Positions 55,873 to 64,000 of a stretch of DNA of 64,000 bases are shown here, piece by piece. Position 1 is the stretch's first letter. Each line of letters opens with the position of its first letter. The translations under genes were made by a program, and so were the position numbers. The DNA comes from a virus (Duplodnaviria; Caudoviricetes): positions 1-64,000 of IMG/VR virus record IMGVR_UViG_2724679353_000001; one strand, 5' to 3'. The notes beneath the pieces are model-generated. The model searched no databases. It was not told the DNA's origin and saw only the letters and a list, made by a program, of their open reading frames with translations.

Positions 55873-56685
55873 ATGCCAATATCTAAGTTTTTCCGTGCCG
55901 TGGTGGAGGGAGCGACCAGTGATGGCCGCCATGTTCCCCGCGCCCACATCATTGAAATGGCCGAAAGCTACAACCCGGCATTTCGTGGCTCGCGTGCCAA
56001 TCTGGAACATATCAAGAGCGTTTTACCTGATAGTCAGTTCCGCGCCTATGGCGATATCACAGCAGCTAAATATGAAGAGATCAGTGACGGGCCACTGAAA
56101 GGCAAATTAGCGCTGCTTGTCCAAGTGGATGCCACTGACGATTTGGTGAAACTGCGTCAGGCGCGGCAAAAGGTCTACTCCAGCATTGAATATATTGAGA
56201 AATTCGCGGATACCGGCAAAGCCTATCTGACCGGCATTGGTTTTACTGACACTCCCGCCTCATTAGGCGCTGAAATGCTGACATTCTGTGCGCAAAGCGA
56301 ACATAGCCCGCTGGCATCACGCAAAAGTCAGTCTGACGCCATTTTTACCGAAGCTACCGAAATCAATCTGGAATTTGAAGCCGAGCAGGAATCGAAAACC
56401 AACCTGCTTACCACCATTAAAACCATGTTCACCAAAAAGCAAACCGGTGATGACGCACGTTTTAACGATGTGCATCAGGCGGTTGAGTTGGTGGCGCAGC
56501 AGGTTGAGGGGAAATTTAGCGCCCTTACCGCGCTGGAACAGCGGTTTTCTGAGCTAAAAACCGCCAATGATGCGACCCAGCAAGAGCTTGATGAGCTGAA
56601 AACCACGCTCAGTAAAACAGATGGCAACTTCTCCCAGCGCGAAAAATCAACCGGCAATGACAGCGCCATTCTGACTGATTGCTAA
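55873..56685 (+). CDS. gpO: Capsid scaffold/protease
   Basis: EGATSDGR, NLEH, KVYSSIE, TDTPASLG. Confidence 0.93.
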   Translation: MPISKFFRAVVEGATSDGRHVPRAHIIEMAESYNPAFRGSRANLEHIKSVLPDSQFRAYGDITAAKYEEISDGPLKGKLALLVQVDATDDLVKLRQARQKVYSSIEYIEKFADTGKAYLTGIGFTDTPASLGAEMLTFCAQSEHSPLASRKSQSDAIFTEATEINLEFEAEQESKTNLLTTIKTMFTKKQTGDDARFNDVHQAVELVAQQVEGKFSALTALEQRFSELKTANDATQQELDELKTTLSKTDGNFSQREKSTGNDSAILTDC

Positions 56686-56721
56686 CTCATTTCGCTTGCT
56701 ACGTTAAGGATTTAATTTCAC

Positions 56722-57777
56722 ATGAAAAAAACCACCCGATTAAAGTACAACCAGTACCGCCAGCAGGTTGCTAGCCTGAACGGTTTGGACAATAAAGAGG
56801 ATATCAGCGCGAAATTTACCGTTGAGCCGTCCATTGCGCAAAAACTGGAGACCAAACAACAGGAGAGCAGTGTTTTCCTGTCCAAAATCAACGTGTATCC
56901 AGTGGATGAGAAAGAGGGGGAAAAGGTTGGCTTAAGTATTGATCGCCCGATTGCCAGCACCACGGATACCTCGAAGCAAGAGCGTGAAGCCTCCGACCCT
57001 AGCGGTCTGGATGGGACAAAATACAACTGTACCCAGACCAACTTTGATACCGCGCTGCCTTATATCAAATTGGATATGTGGGCTAAATTCCCTGATTTTC
57101 AAACCCGCATCCGTGATGCCATTGTGAAGCGTCAGGCGCTGGATCGCATCATGATCGGCTTTAACGGCACTCATCGCGCGAAAACCTCCGATCATACCGT
57201 CAATAAACTACTGCAAGACGTCAACATTGGTTGGCTGCAAAGTATTCGCGACGATGCCCCAAGTCAGGTGATGGATAAAGTGGTCGATGAGCAAGGTAGC
57301 GTGATTTCGGCAAAAATCCGCATCGGCAAAGGCGGCGATTTCCACAATCTGGATGCGCTGGTGATGGCGGCCACCGATGAGCTGATCCAACCGTGGTTCC
57401 AAGAGGATACCGAACTGGTGGCGATTGTGGGCCGTCAGTTGTTGGCGGATAAATATTTTCCGATCGTCAATCAGGAGCAGCCCAACAGCGAAGCGCTGGC
57501 GGCGGATTTAATCATCAGCCAAAAGCGTGTTGGTGGTCAGCCCGCCGTGCGCGCGCCCTCTTTCCCGGCGAATGCCATCCTTATTACTCGTCTGGATAAC
57601 TTGTCTATCTACTGGCAAGACGGCACCCGCCGCCGCCACATTATCGACAATCCAAAACGGGATCGCATTGAAAACTATGAGTCTGTCAATGAAGCCTACG
57701 TGGTTGAAGATTTTGGCTGTGTGGCGTTGATTGAAAACATTGAATTCGGTGATTTTTCCGTTCCGGCTGAGGGTTAA
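56722..57777 (+). CDS. gpN: Major capsid protein
   Basis: ALDRIMIGFNG, LLQDVNIGWLQ, NLSIYWQ. Confidence 0.95.
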   Translation: MKKTTRLKYNQYRQQVASLNGLDNKEDISAKFTVEPSIAQKLETKQQESSVFLSKINVYPVDEKEGEKVGLSIDRPIASTTDTSKQEREASDPSGLDGTKYNCTQTNFDTALPYIKLDMWAKFPDFQTRIRDAIVKRQALDRIMIGFNGTHRAKTSDHTVNKLLQDVNIGWLQSIRDDAPSQVMDKVVDEQGSVISAKIRIGKGGDFHNLDALVMAATDELIQPWFQEDTELVAIVGRQLLADKYFPIVNQEQPNSEALAADLIISQKRVGGQPAVRAPSFPANAILITRLDNLSIYWQDGTRRRHIIDNPKRDRIENYESVNEAYVVEDFGCVALIENIEFGDFSVPAEG

Positions 57778-57783
57778 TCCATT

Positions 57784-58440
57784 ATGAGCAACCCTGTCCG
57801 CCGCCATCGGCTATTTGTGGCGGCTCAGCAATCGGATTCACTGAGCGAGGCGGCTAGCCTGAGCCATGCCAGCAACTACGAGCTGTTGTTATTCAAGTTG
57901 CAACAGGATATGGCCCAATTGGGCCGTATTGAGTCGATCGCCCGTAAAGCCGAGGTTAAGCAAGGCATGTTGCCCACCTATCAGCCGTGGGTGGCGGGTG
58001 TGCTGGCGAAAGATAGCGGCGAGCAGGATGACATTCTGATGCGCATGTTGATTTGGCATCTGGATGTGGGCGATATCACCCGCGCTCTGGATATTGCGGA
58101 GTATGCCATCAAGCATGATTTGGTGACGCCGGATAGCTTTAAGCGCACCACCGCGTGCCTGATTGCCGAGGAAGTGGCCGCCATTGCACAGCGCACCTTG
58201 ACCGACCAAAAACCGCTGGATACCCCGCAGCTATTACGCGCCCAGCAAATTCTCACCGGTCAGGACATGCCAGATATGGTTTGCGCCCGCCTGCTTAAGT
58301 TTGTGGGTTATGCCCTGCGTCAGGACGCCGACAACGTTCTCGCACTGGCTAACCTGAAAACGGCGCTGCAACTGGACGATAACAGCGGTGTGAAAACCGA
58401 TATCAAGAATCTTGAGAAGCTGATTAAAGCCGCCTCATAA
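57784..58440 (+). CDS. gpM: Terminase small subunit
   Basis: YQPWVAGVL, QDMPD, GVKTDI. Confidence 0.9.
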   Translation: MSNPVRRHRLFVAAQQSDSLSEAASLSHASNYELLLFKLQQDMAQLGRIESIARKAEVKQGMLPTYQPWVAGVLAKDSGEQDDILMRMLIWHLDVGDITRALDIAEYAIKHDLVTPDSFKRTTACLIAEEVAAIAQRTLTDQKPLDTPQLLRAQQILTGQDMPDMVCARLLKFVGYALRQDADNVLALANLKTALQLDDNSGVKTDIKNLEKLIKAAS

Positions 58441-58538
58441 CCTTACGCCCCGGCGAGGGCGGCACGCTGACTAACCCAGAATATTGATTACTCTGGCAAA
58501 GCCAACGTCCACCGCCCGTTTATTTTGCGAGTGTCAGC

Positions 58539-59030
58539 ATGGAAATCGTGATCAACGGCAATCAAAAACCAGAAGCGCCAGAACCGGTGGAGCCAATGGA
58601 AAGCACGGTTATCAAAAATGAGGGTTTCTGGCCGGATATCGATCTGAAACAGTACCGTGAAGAGTCGCGCCAAGACGGCACTCTCACGCAGCCGCGTGTT
58701 ATTGAGGCGGCGCTGTTTGCCATCAATGAGGTCAATAATCGGCTGACGCTCTGGCGCTTAACCCAGCAACAGCGGGGCTACCTGTCACTGGCTGAGGTAC
58801 CGGCGGAAAAACTGAACGAAGAGAGCACCCGTATTCAGTTGTACCGTACGGCGGTGTTTTGCCTGATGCAAGCCCGTTTAACTGATCGTTTTCGCGGTTT
58901 TGATACCACTGGCGCGGGCGGCAAACGGGCCGATTCACTGGAACCCACTATTGATAATTTGCGCCGTGATGCTGCGTGGGCGATTAACGATATTCAGGCG
59001 ATCAACCGCATGACGGTGGAGCTAATTTAA
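58539..59030 (+). CDS. gpL: Head completion protein
   Basis: FWPDI...YRTAV...MTVELI. Confidence 0.9.
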   Translation: MEIVINGNQKPEAPEPVEPMESTVIKNEGFWPDIDLKQYREESRQDGTLTQPRVIEAALFAINEVNNRLTLWRLTQQQRGYLSLAEVPAEKLNEESTRIQLYRTAVFCLMQARLTDRFRGFDTTGAGGKRADSLEPTIDNLRRDAAWAINDIQAINRMTVELI

Positions 59031-59233
59031 TGCGCATTCTGGCCCAGCAGTACGACACCGTTGACGCCATGTGCTGGCGCTACTACGGCCGCACCGAGGG
59101 GGTGACAGAAAAAGTGCTAGCGGCCAATCCGGGATTATCTGCTATCGGGCCAGTGTTACCGCACGGTTATCCGGTGGAGATGCCCGAAGTCAGCGCCGCT
59201 GTCACCACGCAAACCCTGCAACTTTGGGACTAA
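59030..59233 (+). CDS. gpX: Tail protein X
   Basis: DTVDAMCWRYYG..ANPGL..QLWD. Confidence 0.92.
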   Translation: MRILAQQYDTVDAMCWRYYGRTEGVTEKVLAANPGLSAIGPVLPHGYPVEMPEVSAAVTTQTLQLWD

Positions 59234-59263
59234 TTGCACAATTCCCCATAGGGGGTAACGGAT

Positions 59264-59650
59264 ATGAAAATGCCAGAAAAAGATCCAAGTTGGATAGGTG
59301 CGCTATTGGACTTTTATTCTACTCACTCCACGACAATAAACGGCTTTCTAGTCGGTTCCATTGTGGCGTTTCGGCGCGTGATCTGGGGGGGTGGTAAGTT
59401 GCGCGAAGGCATTGGTGAGGGGGTGGTGTGTGGGCTGGTCGGCGTCAATATCGGCCCGGTCATCTCCCCGATGCTGATCCGCGCCATTGATGCCATTCCG
59501 TGGCTAAACGGCGCGTTAACCGAAGTTGCCGCCGGAAAAGTGGAAATCTTTATCAGCTGCTTGATCGGGCTAATCGGCTTGCAGGCTATCCGTGAGTTGG
59601 TGTTTAAAATTGTTAACAAAAAGGCGGGAACCTCTGATGCCAAACCATAA
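59264..59650 (+). CDS. Lambda S-family holin with Met-Lys-Met dual start
   Basis: Begins MKMPEK like lambda S107; three hydrophobic segments; basic tail. Confidence 0.85.
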   Translation: MKMPEKDPSWIGALLDFYSTHSTTINGFLVGSIVAFRRVIWGGGKLREGIGEGVVCGLVGVNIGPVISPMLIRAIDAIPWLNGALTEVAAGKVEIFISCLIGLIGLQAIRELVFKIVNKKAGTSDAKP

Positions 59651-60032
59651 ATTTATCTTCGGCAAGGCCAGCGAAAGCAACCTGAACGGCGTACATCCTG
59701 ATTTGGTCAAAGTGGTGCGCCGCGCGCTGGAGCTGACCCCGATTGATTTTAAAGTGATTGAGGGCCGCCGCACACTGGAGCGCCAGCGCGAATTGGTCAA
59801 GGCCGGAGCCAGCCAAACCCTGAACAGTCGCCACTTAACCGGCCATGCGATCGATATCGTACCGCTGCCAGACGGTAAGGTCAGTTGGGAGTGGAAATAT
59901 TTCTACCCGATGGCCGATGCGATGAAACAGGCCGCCGCCGAGCTGGGGATCACCGTGGAATGGGGCGGTAACTGGACCACCTTTAAAGACGGCCCGCATT
60001 TTCAATTGCCTGCCCGTCAATATCCGGGCTAA
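59637..60032 (+). CDS. Endolysin, M15 (L-Ala-D-Glu-type) peptidase
   Basis: GVHPDL, EGRRT..RQ, SRHLTGHAID, WGGNW..FKDGPHFQ. Confidence 0.88.
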   Translation: MPNHKFIFGKASESNLNGVHPDLVKVVRRALELTPIDFKVIEGRRTLERQRELVKAGASQTLNSRHLTGHAIDIVPLPDGKVSWEWKYFYPMADAMKQAAAELGITVEWGGNWTTFKDGPHFQLPARQYPG

Positions 60033-60036
60033 CACC

Positions 60037-60462
60037 ATGCCACTCTTCAACACCGCCCCGCTCGCATGGGCGATTACCGCCGCCTTACTGCTTGCCAGTG
60101 GCGTACAGACCTACCGCTTGTCTGAGGCTCGGCAAGTGGTGATTGACCAGCTGGCAGCCGAGGCGGCCAGCAAAAACGGCCAGCTTATCGCGCTGGCACT
60201 GACCGCCAATGCCAACAATCAGGCGCAGGCACGATTGCGCCAACAGGTTGCCAGTACGGATCAGTTGTTGGCGCAACGCAATAGCCAAATCAAGAGGTTA
60301 TACCGTGAAAATGAAACCTTACGCCGCTGGGCTGATGCTCCCCTGCCTGATGATATTATCCGGCTGCGCCAGCGACCTGCCTTTACCGGGGCCGCAGATT
60401 ACCGCCAATGGCTGTCCGAAGGTCACAGCCTGCCTGTTTCCGGCAGCCAGCCCGCGCACTAA
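60037..60462 (+). CDS. lysB: i-spanin
   Basis: N-terminal TM, coiled coil, ENETLRRWADAPLP. Confidence 0.88.
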   Translation: MPLFNTAPLAWAITAALLLASGVQTYRLSEARQVVIDQLAAEAASKNGQLIALALTANANNQAQARLRQQVASTDQLLAQRNSQIKRLYRENETLRRWADAPLPDDIIRLRQRPAFTGAADYRQWLSEGHSLPVSGSQPAH

Positions 60463-60574
60463 CGGCGATTTGAATGACGACATTGACCAGCTAGAGGCGG
60501 CTTTGCACGCCTGCGCGGCGCAGGTTGATACTGTACTGGCTTGCCAGCAAGGGGCAGCCAATGTTAAAGCCTGA
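60311..60574 (+). CDS. lysC: o-spanin lipoprotein
   Basis: Lipobox LSGC; CPKVTAC..P...P.TNGDL..CAAQVD. Confidence 0.88.
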   Translation: MKPYAAGLMLPCLMILSGCASDLPLPGPQITANGCPKVTACLFPAASPRTNGDLNDDIDQLEAALHACAAQVDTVLACQQGAANVKA

Positions 60575-61028
60575 TTCGCTGCGCACCGCCATTTTAAAGG
60601 CGGTGCCGTACATCAAGCAAAACCCAGACTGCTTACATGTCTTTATTGATAAAGGGGCGATTATTGCCACGCTGGCCCCGTCATTATCGTTTGAGTATCA
60701 GTACACCTTAAATCTGGTGGTGACCGATTACGCTGATAGCATTGATTTGATTGTGGTGCCGATCCTGCATTGGTTGCGCACTAACTAGCCGGATATTATG
60801 GCAAATCCCGATAAGCGTCAGGATGGTTTCACCTTTGAAGCCGACTATCTGGATAATAAGGTTTGTGATATCAGTTTCGACATTAAACTCACTGAGCGAA
60901 CCATTGTTAAGGAGCAGGACGGAACGTTAACCGTGACACATATGGAAGAGCCGGTGCCGCCGGAATATTTTGTCAAAAGTTACAAAGTGAATGTTGACGG
61001 TAAAACCGTGGCGGAGTGGGCCGCATGA
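60561..61028 (+). pseudogene. gpR: Tail completion protein R interrupted by an in-frame TAG
   Basis: MLKPDSLR..SLSFEYQY..WLRTN*PDIMANPD; TAG at 60786-60788, same frame continues. Confidence 0.85.
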
Positions 61029-61471
61029 ATGACCTGCATGAGCTAGACCAAACCCTATCAATTTTACTGGCGCAATTATCCCCACAGGCGCGTGGTGCGT
61101 TTATGCGTCAGGTATCCAAAGAGTTACGCCAGCGCCAGCAAAAGCATATTCAGGCACAGCAGAACCCGGACGGCTCACCCTTTGTACCGCGCAAGAAGAA
61201 ACGCCGCGATAAACAAGGCCGCATCAAGCGCAAGATGTTTACCAAGCTGCGCACCGCCCGTTATATCAAAAATGAATCCAACGCCGATGAGGCCGCCGTC
61301 ACCTTTAGCGGTAAGGTCAATAATCTGGTGCGAGTGCATCACTACGGCTTGCGGGATAAAGTCACAAAAAACGGGCCAACGGTGAAATACGAGCGCCGCC
61401 AGTTGCTAGGCTTTACTGACGGCGATAGTGAATGGATTGGGGATCTGGCGTTGGAGTGGCTTGGGAAGTAA
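61025..61471 (+). CDS. gpS: Tail completion protein S
   Basis: QQNPDGSPFVPRK, MFTKLRTARY, RVHHYG, RQLLG. Confidence 0.9.
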   Translation: MNDLHELDQTLSILLAQLSPQARGAFMRQVSKELRQRQQKHIQAQQNPDGSPFVPRKKKRRDKQGRIKRKMFTKLRTARYIKNESNADEAAVTFSGKVNNLVRVHHYGLRDKVTKNGPTVKYERRQLLGFTDGDSEWIGDLALEWLGK

Positions 61472-61473
61472 TT

Positions 61474-63015
61474 TTATCTATTACTGTTAAATGAAGCTAT
61501 TTCCTTATTCACAATTTTATCAATCCTATTATTGATTTCATTGATAGTATTGCTGCCTAGCCCATCTTTAGTTTTTTGAGAGGCAAATACGCGGATAAAG
61601 AATTTTATATGATGATAAGATTTTAAAACATCTTCATAATCGGACAGCTTAATGACATCATAACTATTCTCAGGCTTTTTCTTTAAAATCCTTGCATCAC
61701 TTTTCTCAATATCTTTAAAATTATCCTCCATTTGAAAATCTAGCGCCCACTGCTCTCCAGAAAAATGCTCACTTAATACATCATTTATTAGTTTTGTTAG
61801 CTTTGTTTTTAATTTTTTACATTCCACATCGAATATATTTAAATTTGAAAATGTATGTTTTTTTTCATATATTTTTTTCCAAACATTTCTTTTAATAACA
61901 TCATCAATAATATTATTGGCTGGTTCTCCTTTTGTTTTTTCTAATAGGTGAGCTAAGAACTTTTGATCTGAATGAAGTACGTAGAAATTTTGCATATTTT
62001 CAATGATAGTATTTTCATCTTTCAGTTCAATTGTATTTTGTAGCTTTGCTATTTCACATGCTTTATTTAGCATGGCTGATAATGCTCTATTGGTCTTATG
62101 AAAATAAACTTGGCTATAAAGACTACTTCTAGCATTAGTAAATTCCAATATGGAGTCCAATCCACTTTCTTTATAGGCTAAATGGACACGATCATTTATT
62201 TTTACAGGGATAAATGACATTAATAATCTTCCATAATCATAAATGCCATATTTTACACCTGAAAAATAGCTATCCCTTAATAAATAGTCCATTCTATCTG
62301 CATCGATGGGTGAGGATGAAATGATTGAGCCTAATAAAGGATAAATATTTGAATTACTTGGTTCATCTTTAAATTTATATTTTTTCTCAACAATTTTTAT
62401 AATACTATCTGTACTTATTGATTTTATATTGTCCTTGTAAATTTTATCATCATCTAATTCACTATCCTTTTTTAAATCCTCGATTATTTTTATGATAAAA
62501 ATACAGGATACTTGTTCATGCGTTAATATATCATCATCAGCATCAGCATCAAGGGATAGTATTCTATCATACTTCTCTTTTTCTTCATTAGTGCACTTAT
62601 CTCTAAAGTCTTTTTTTTGCATTGCGAAACTATCAAATTGATGAGCTAGAGGGCCATGCCCTACATCATGTAGTAATGCAGCGATACGAAGTTCTTGAAT
62701 AGTGTTACTTTGCAGATCTTGGATATCTAAATATAAGGTTACGTTTTCTTTTTTTCTCACATATATGGATGCATTTAATTGCATGGTTTTTATTATTTCG
62801 TATGCTAAATGCATTACACCAACAGAGTGCTCAAATCTTGAGTGCATAGCTGATGGAAATACTTTATACAAAAACGTATTTTGTCTAACATCTCTTAATC
62901 TTTGGAATAAAGGGTGATCTATTATTTTTTTTTCAAGTTTAGTAATCCTGATAACCCCATGGATTGGATCAAGAAACTTGCCTAAAAGTAGCTCTTCAAA
63001 ATTACTCAGTCCCAT
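61474..63015 (-). CDS. HD-domain phosphohydrolase, SAMHD1-like dNTP triphosphohydrolase family (moron)
   Basis: DPIHG, FQRLR..RQ, HSRFEHSVG, LLHDVGHGP..H, DADRMDYLLRD, LYSQVYFH; very AT-rich; antisense between S and V. Confidence 0.88.
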   Translation of the reverse strand: MGLSNFEELLLGKFLDPIHGVIRITKLEKKIIDHPLFQRLRDVRQNTFLYKVFPSAMHSRFEHSVGVMHLAYEIIKTMQLNASIYVRKKENVTLYLDIQDLQSNTIQELRIAALLHDVGHGPLAHQFDSFAMQKKDFRDKCTNEEKEKYDRILSLDADADDDILTHEQVSCIFIIKIIEDLKKDSELDDDKIYKDNIKSISTDSIIKIVEKKYKFKDEPSNSNIYPLLGSIISSSPIDADRMDYLLRDSYFSGVKYGIYDYGRLLMSFIPVKINDRVHLAYKESGLDSILEFTNARSSLYSQVYFHKTNRALSAMLNKACEIAKLQNTIELKDENTIIENMQNFYVLHSDQKFLAHLLEKTKGEPANNIIDDVIKRNVWKKIYEKKHTFSNLNIFDVECKKLKTKLTKLINDVLSEHFSGEQWALDFQMEDNFKDIEKSDARILKKKPENSYDVIKLSDYEDVLKSYHHIKFFIRVFASQKTKDGLGSNTINEINNRIDKIVNKEIASFNSNR

Positions 63016-63213
63016 AGTTACTTCCTTATTAAATTTATAGTTATCAATTTTAATTATTAGCTTGATAACATTATTGAGGTGAAACCATCTGCTCATCAAT
63101 TGAGCGGTTAATTACAATTAAGCATAGGTAATGTAACTATAACTTACAGATTGTAAAAGATAATAAAATACTAACCAGTAACAATAAAATATTCTCCATT
63201 AGTGTATTTCCTT

Positions 63214-63231
63214 TGTGCCATCCCTCACACA
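63214..63231 (+). promoter_or_regulatory. Ogr-family activator site of the V late promoter
   Basis: TGT-N12-ACA (TGTGCCATCCCTCACACA). Confidence 0.75.
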
Positions 63232-63277
63232 AAACCCATCACATGCCGCGCGCGCCCGTAGGCGGCACACTGGCCGC

Positions 63278-63913
63278 ATGAATATCCTTATTGCTGGCCT
63301 TAAACGCCTGTTGGCTAACATTATCCGCATTGGCATCGTCTCAGACGTCGATCTTGCTAACGGATTGTGCAGAGTCAAGATAGGCAACCTTGAAACCGAT
63401 TGGCTCAATTGGTTAACCCTGCGCGCCGGTCGGGTGCGTTTTTGGTCTGCGCCATCAAAAGGTGAGCAAGTGATGGTACTCAGTATTGGCGGTGAACTCA
63501 CCACCGGCTTTGTGCTGCCTGCCATCTTTTCGGATGCCAATCCAGCGCCGTCACAATCAGCGGATGGCATGGTGATCACCTTTCCTGATGGTGCGCGATT
63601 TGAGTATGAGCCGGAAACCAGCCACCTAGCGGTAACCGGAATAGCCACGGCAGTGATTGAGGCCAGCGAGGCAGTCACTGTCACCGCCCCCAATATCACC
63701 TGTACTGCCTCGGTCAAAATCACACTGGATACACCAGAAGTGGAATGCACCAATAACCTGACTACCGCCACCTTAGAAGTGAAACAAGGCGGCAAAATGA
63801 GCGGAAATATTGAGCATTCCGGCGGCCTGTTCTCATCCAATGGGGTGGTGGTTGATAAGCATGACCACGGCGGCGTGCAGCGTGGTGGCGATTGGACTGA
63901 GGGGGTTAAATGA
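63278..63913 (+). CDS. gpV: Baseplate spike
   Basis: TDWLNW..RAG..WSAPS.GEQV; C-terminal HDHGGV. Confidence 0.93.
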   Translation: MNILIAGLKRLLANIIRIGIVSDVDLANGLCRVKIGNLETDWLNWLTLRAGRVRFWSAPSKGEQVMVLSIGGELTTGFVLPAIFSDANPAPSQSADGMVITFPDGARFEYEPETSHLAVTGIATAVIEASEAVTVTAPNITCTASVKITLDTPEVECTNNLTTATLEVKQGGKMSGNIEHSGGLFSSNGVVVDKHDHGGVQRGGDWTEGVK

Positions 63914-64000
63914 CCAGCGATAAATATAGCGGTATGAACCGCAACACTGGCTTGCAGATCGACGATATTGACCATATTCGCCAATCAATCAGCGACATTC
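63910..64000 (+). CDS. gpW: Baseplate wedge protein W, 5' part only
   Basis: YSGMNRNTG....DHIRQSISDI; ATGA overlap with V. Confidence 0.8.
   Translation, partial: MTSDKYSGMNRNTGLQIDDIDHIRQSISDI

Larger units (their letters stand above)
41104..64000. mobile_element. Prophage 2: P2-like (Peduoviridae-type), truncated by the window edge
   Basis: int-C-cox-B-A, cos, Q-P / O-N-M-L-X-lysis-R-S / V-W gene order. Confidence 0.95.

Overview
The window is almost entirely two temperate prophages in tandem, inserted at a tRNA-Leu(TAA) site of an Enterobacterales host (Yersinia-like by inference). Prophage 1 (about 1-41103) is a lambdoid-regulated, contractile-tailed phage. It is bounded by a 31-bp direct repeat of the tRNA 3' half and carries full head, tail, lysis, replication, immunity, recombination and integration modules. 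Prophage 2 (41104 to the window end) is P2-like: int, immunity region, A replicase, cargo hotspot, cos, Q-P-O-N-M-L-X, lysis, R-S, V-W. It is cut off by the window edge. Three patterns stand out. (1) Prophage 1 early genes share a 13-nt RBS box, AGAGGCAAGACCA, usually with an upstream hairpin showing GACCA in the loop, and the phage encodes a divergent CsrA-like protein; this suggests a phage-private translational regulon. (2) The P2-like repressor ends in RIAGRDFHE and the next, membrane-anchored protein begins with RVAGRDFHE, followed by a secreted protein coupled to int; this suggests an envelope-sensing lysogeny switch. (3) The palindrome TGTGACATGTCACA and a homologous Cys-rich putative DNA-binding protein occur in both phages. 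There is also a poly-G frameshifted methyltransferase and several candidate anti-phage morons (HEPN pair, SAMHD1-like HD protein, ART-like, Cap15-like, HsdR-N). All family calls come from recognising motifs by eye; no searches were run.
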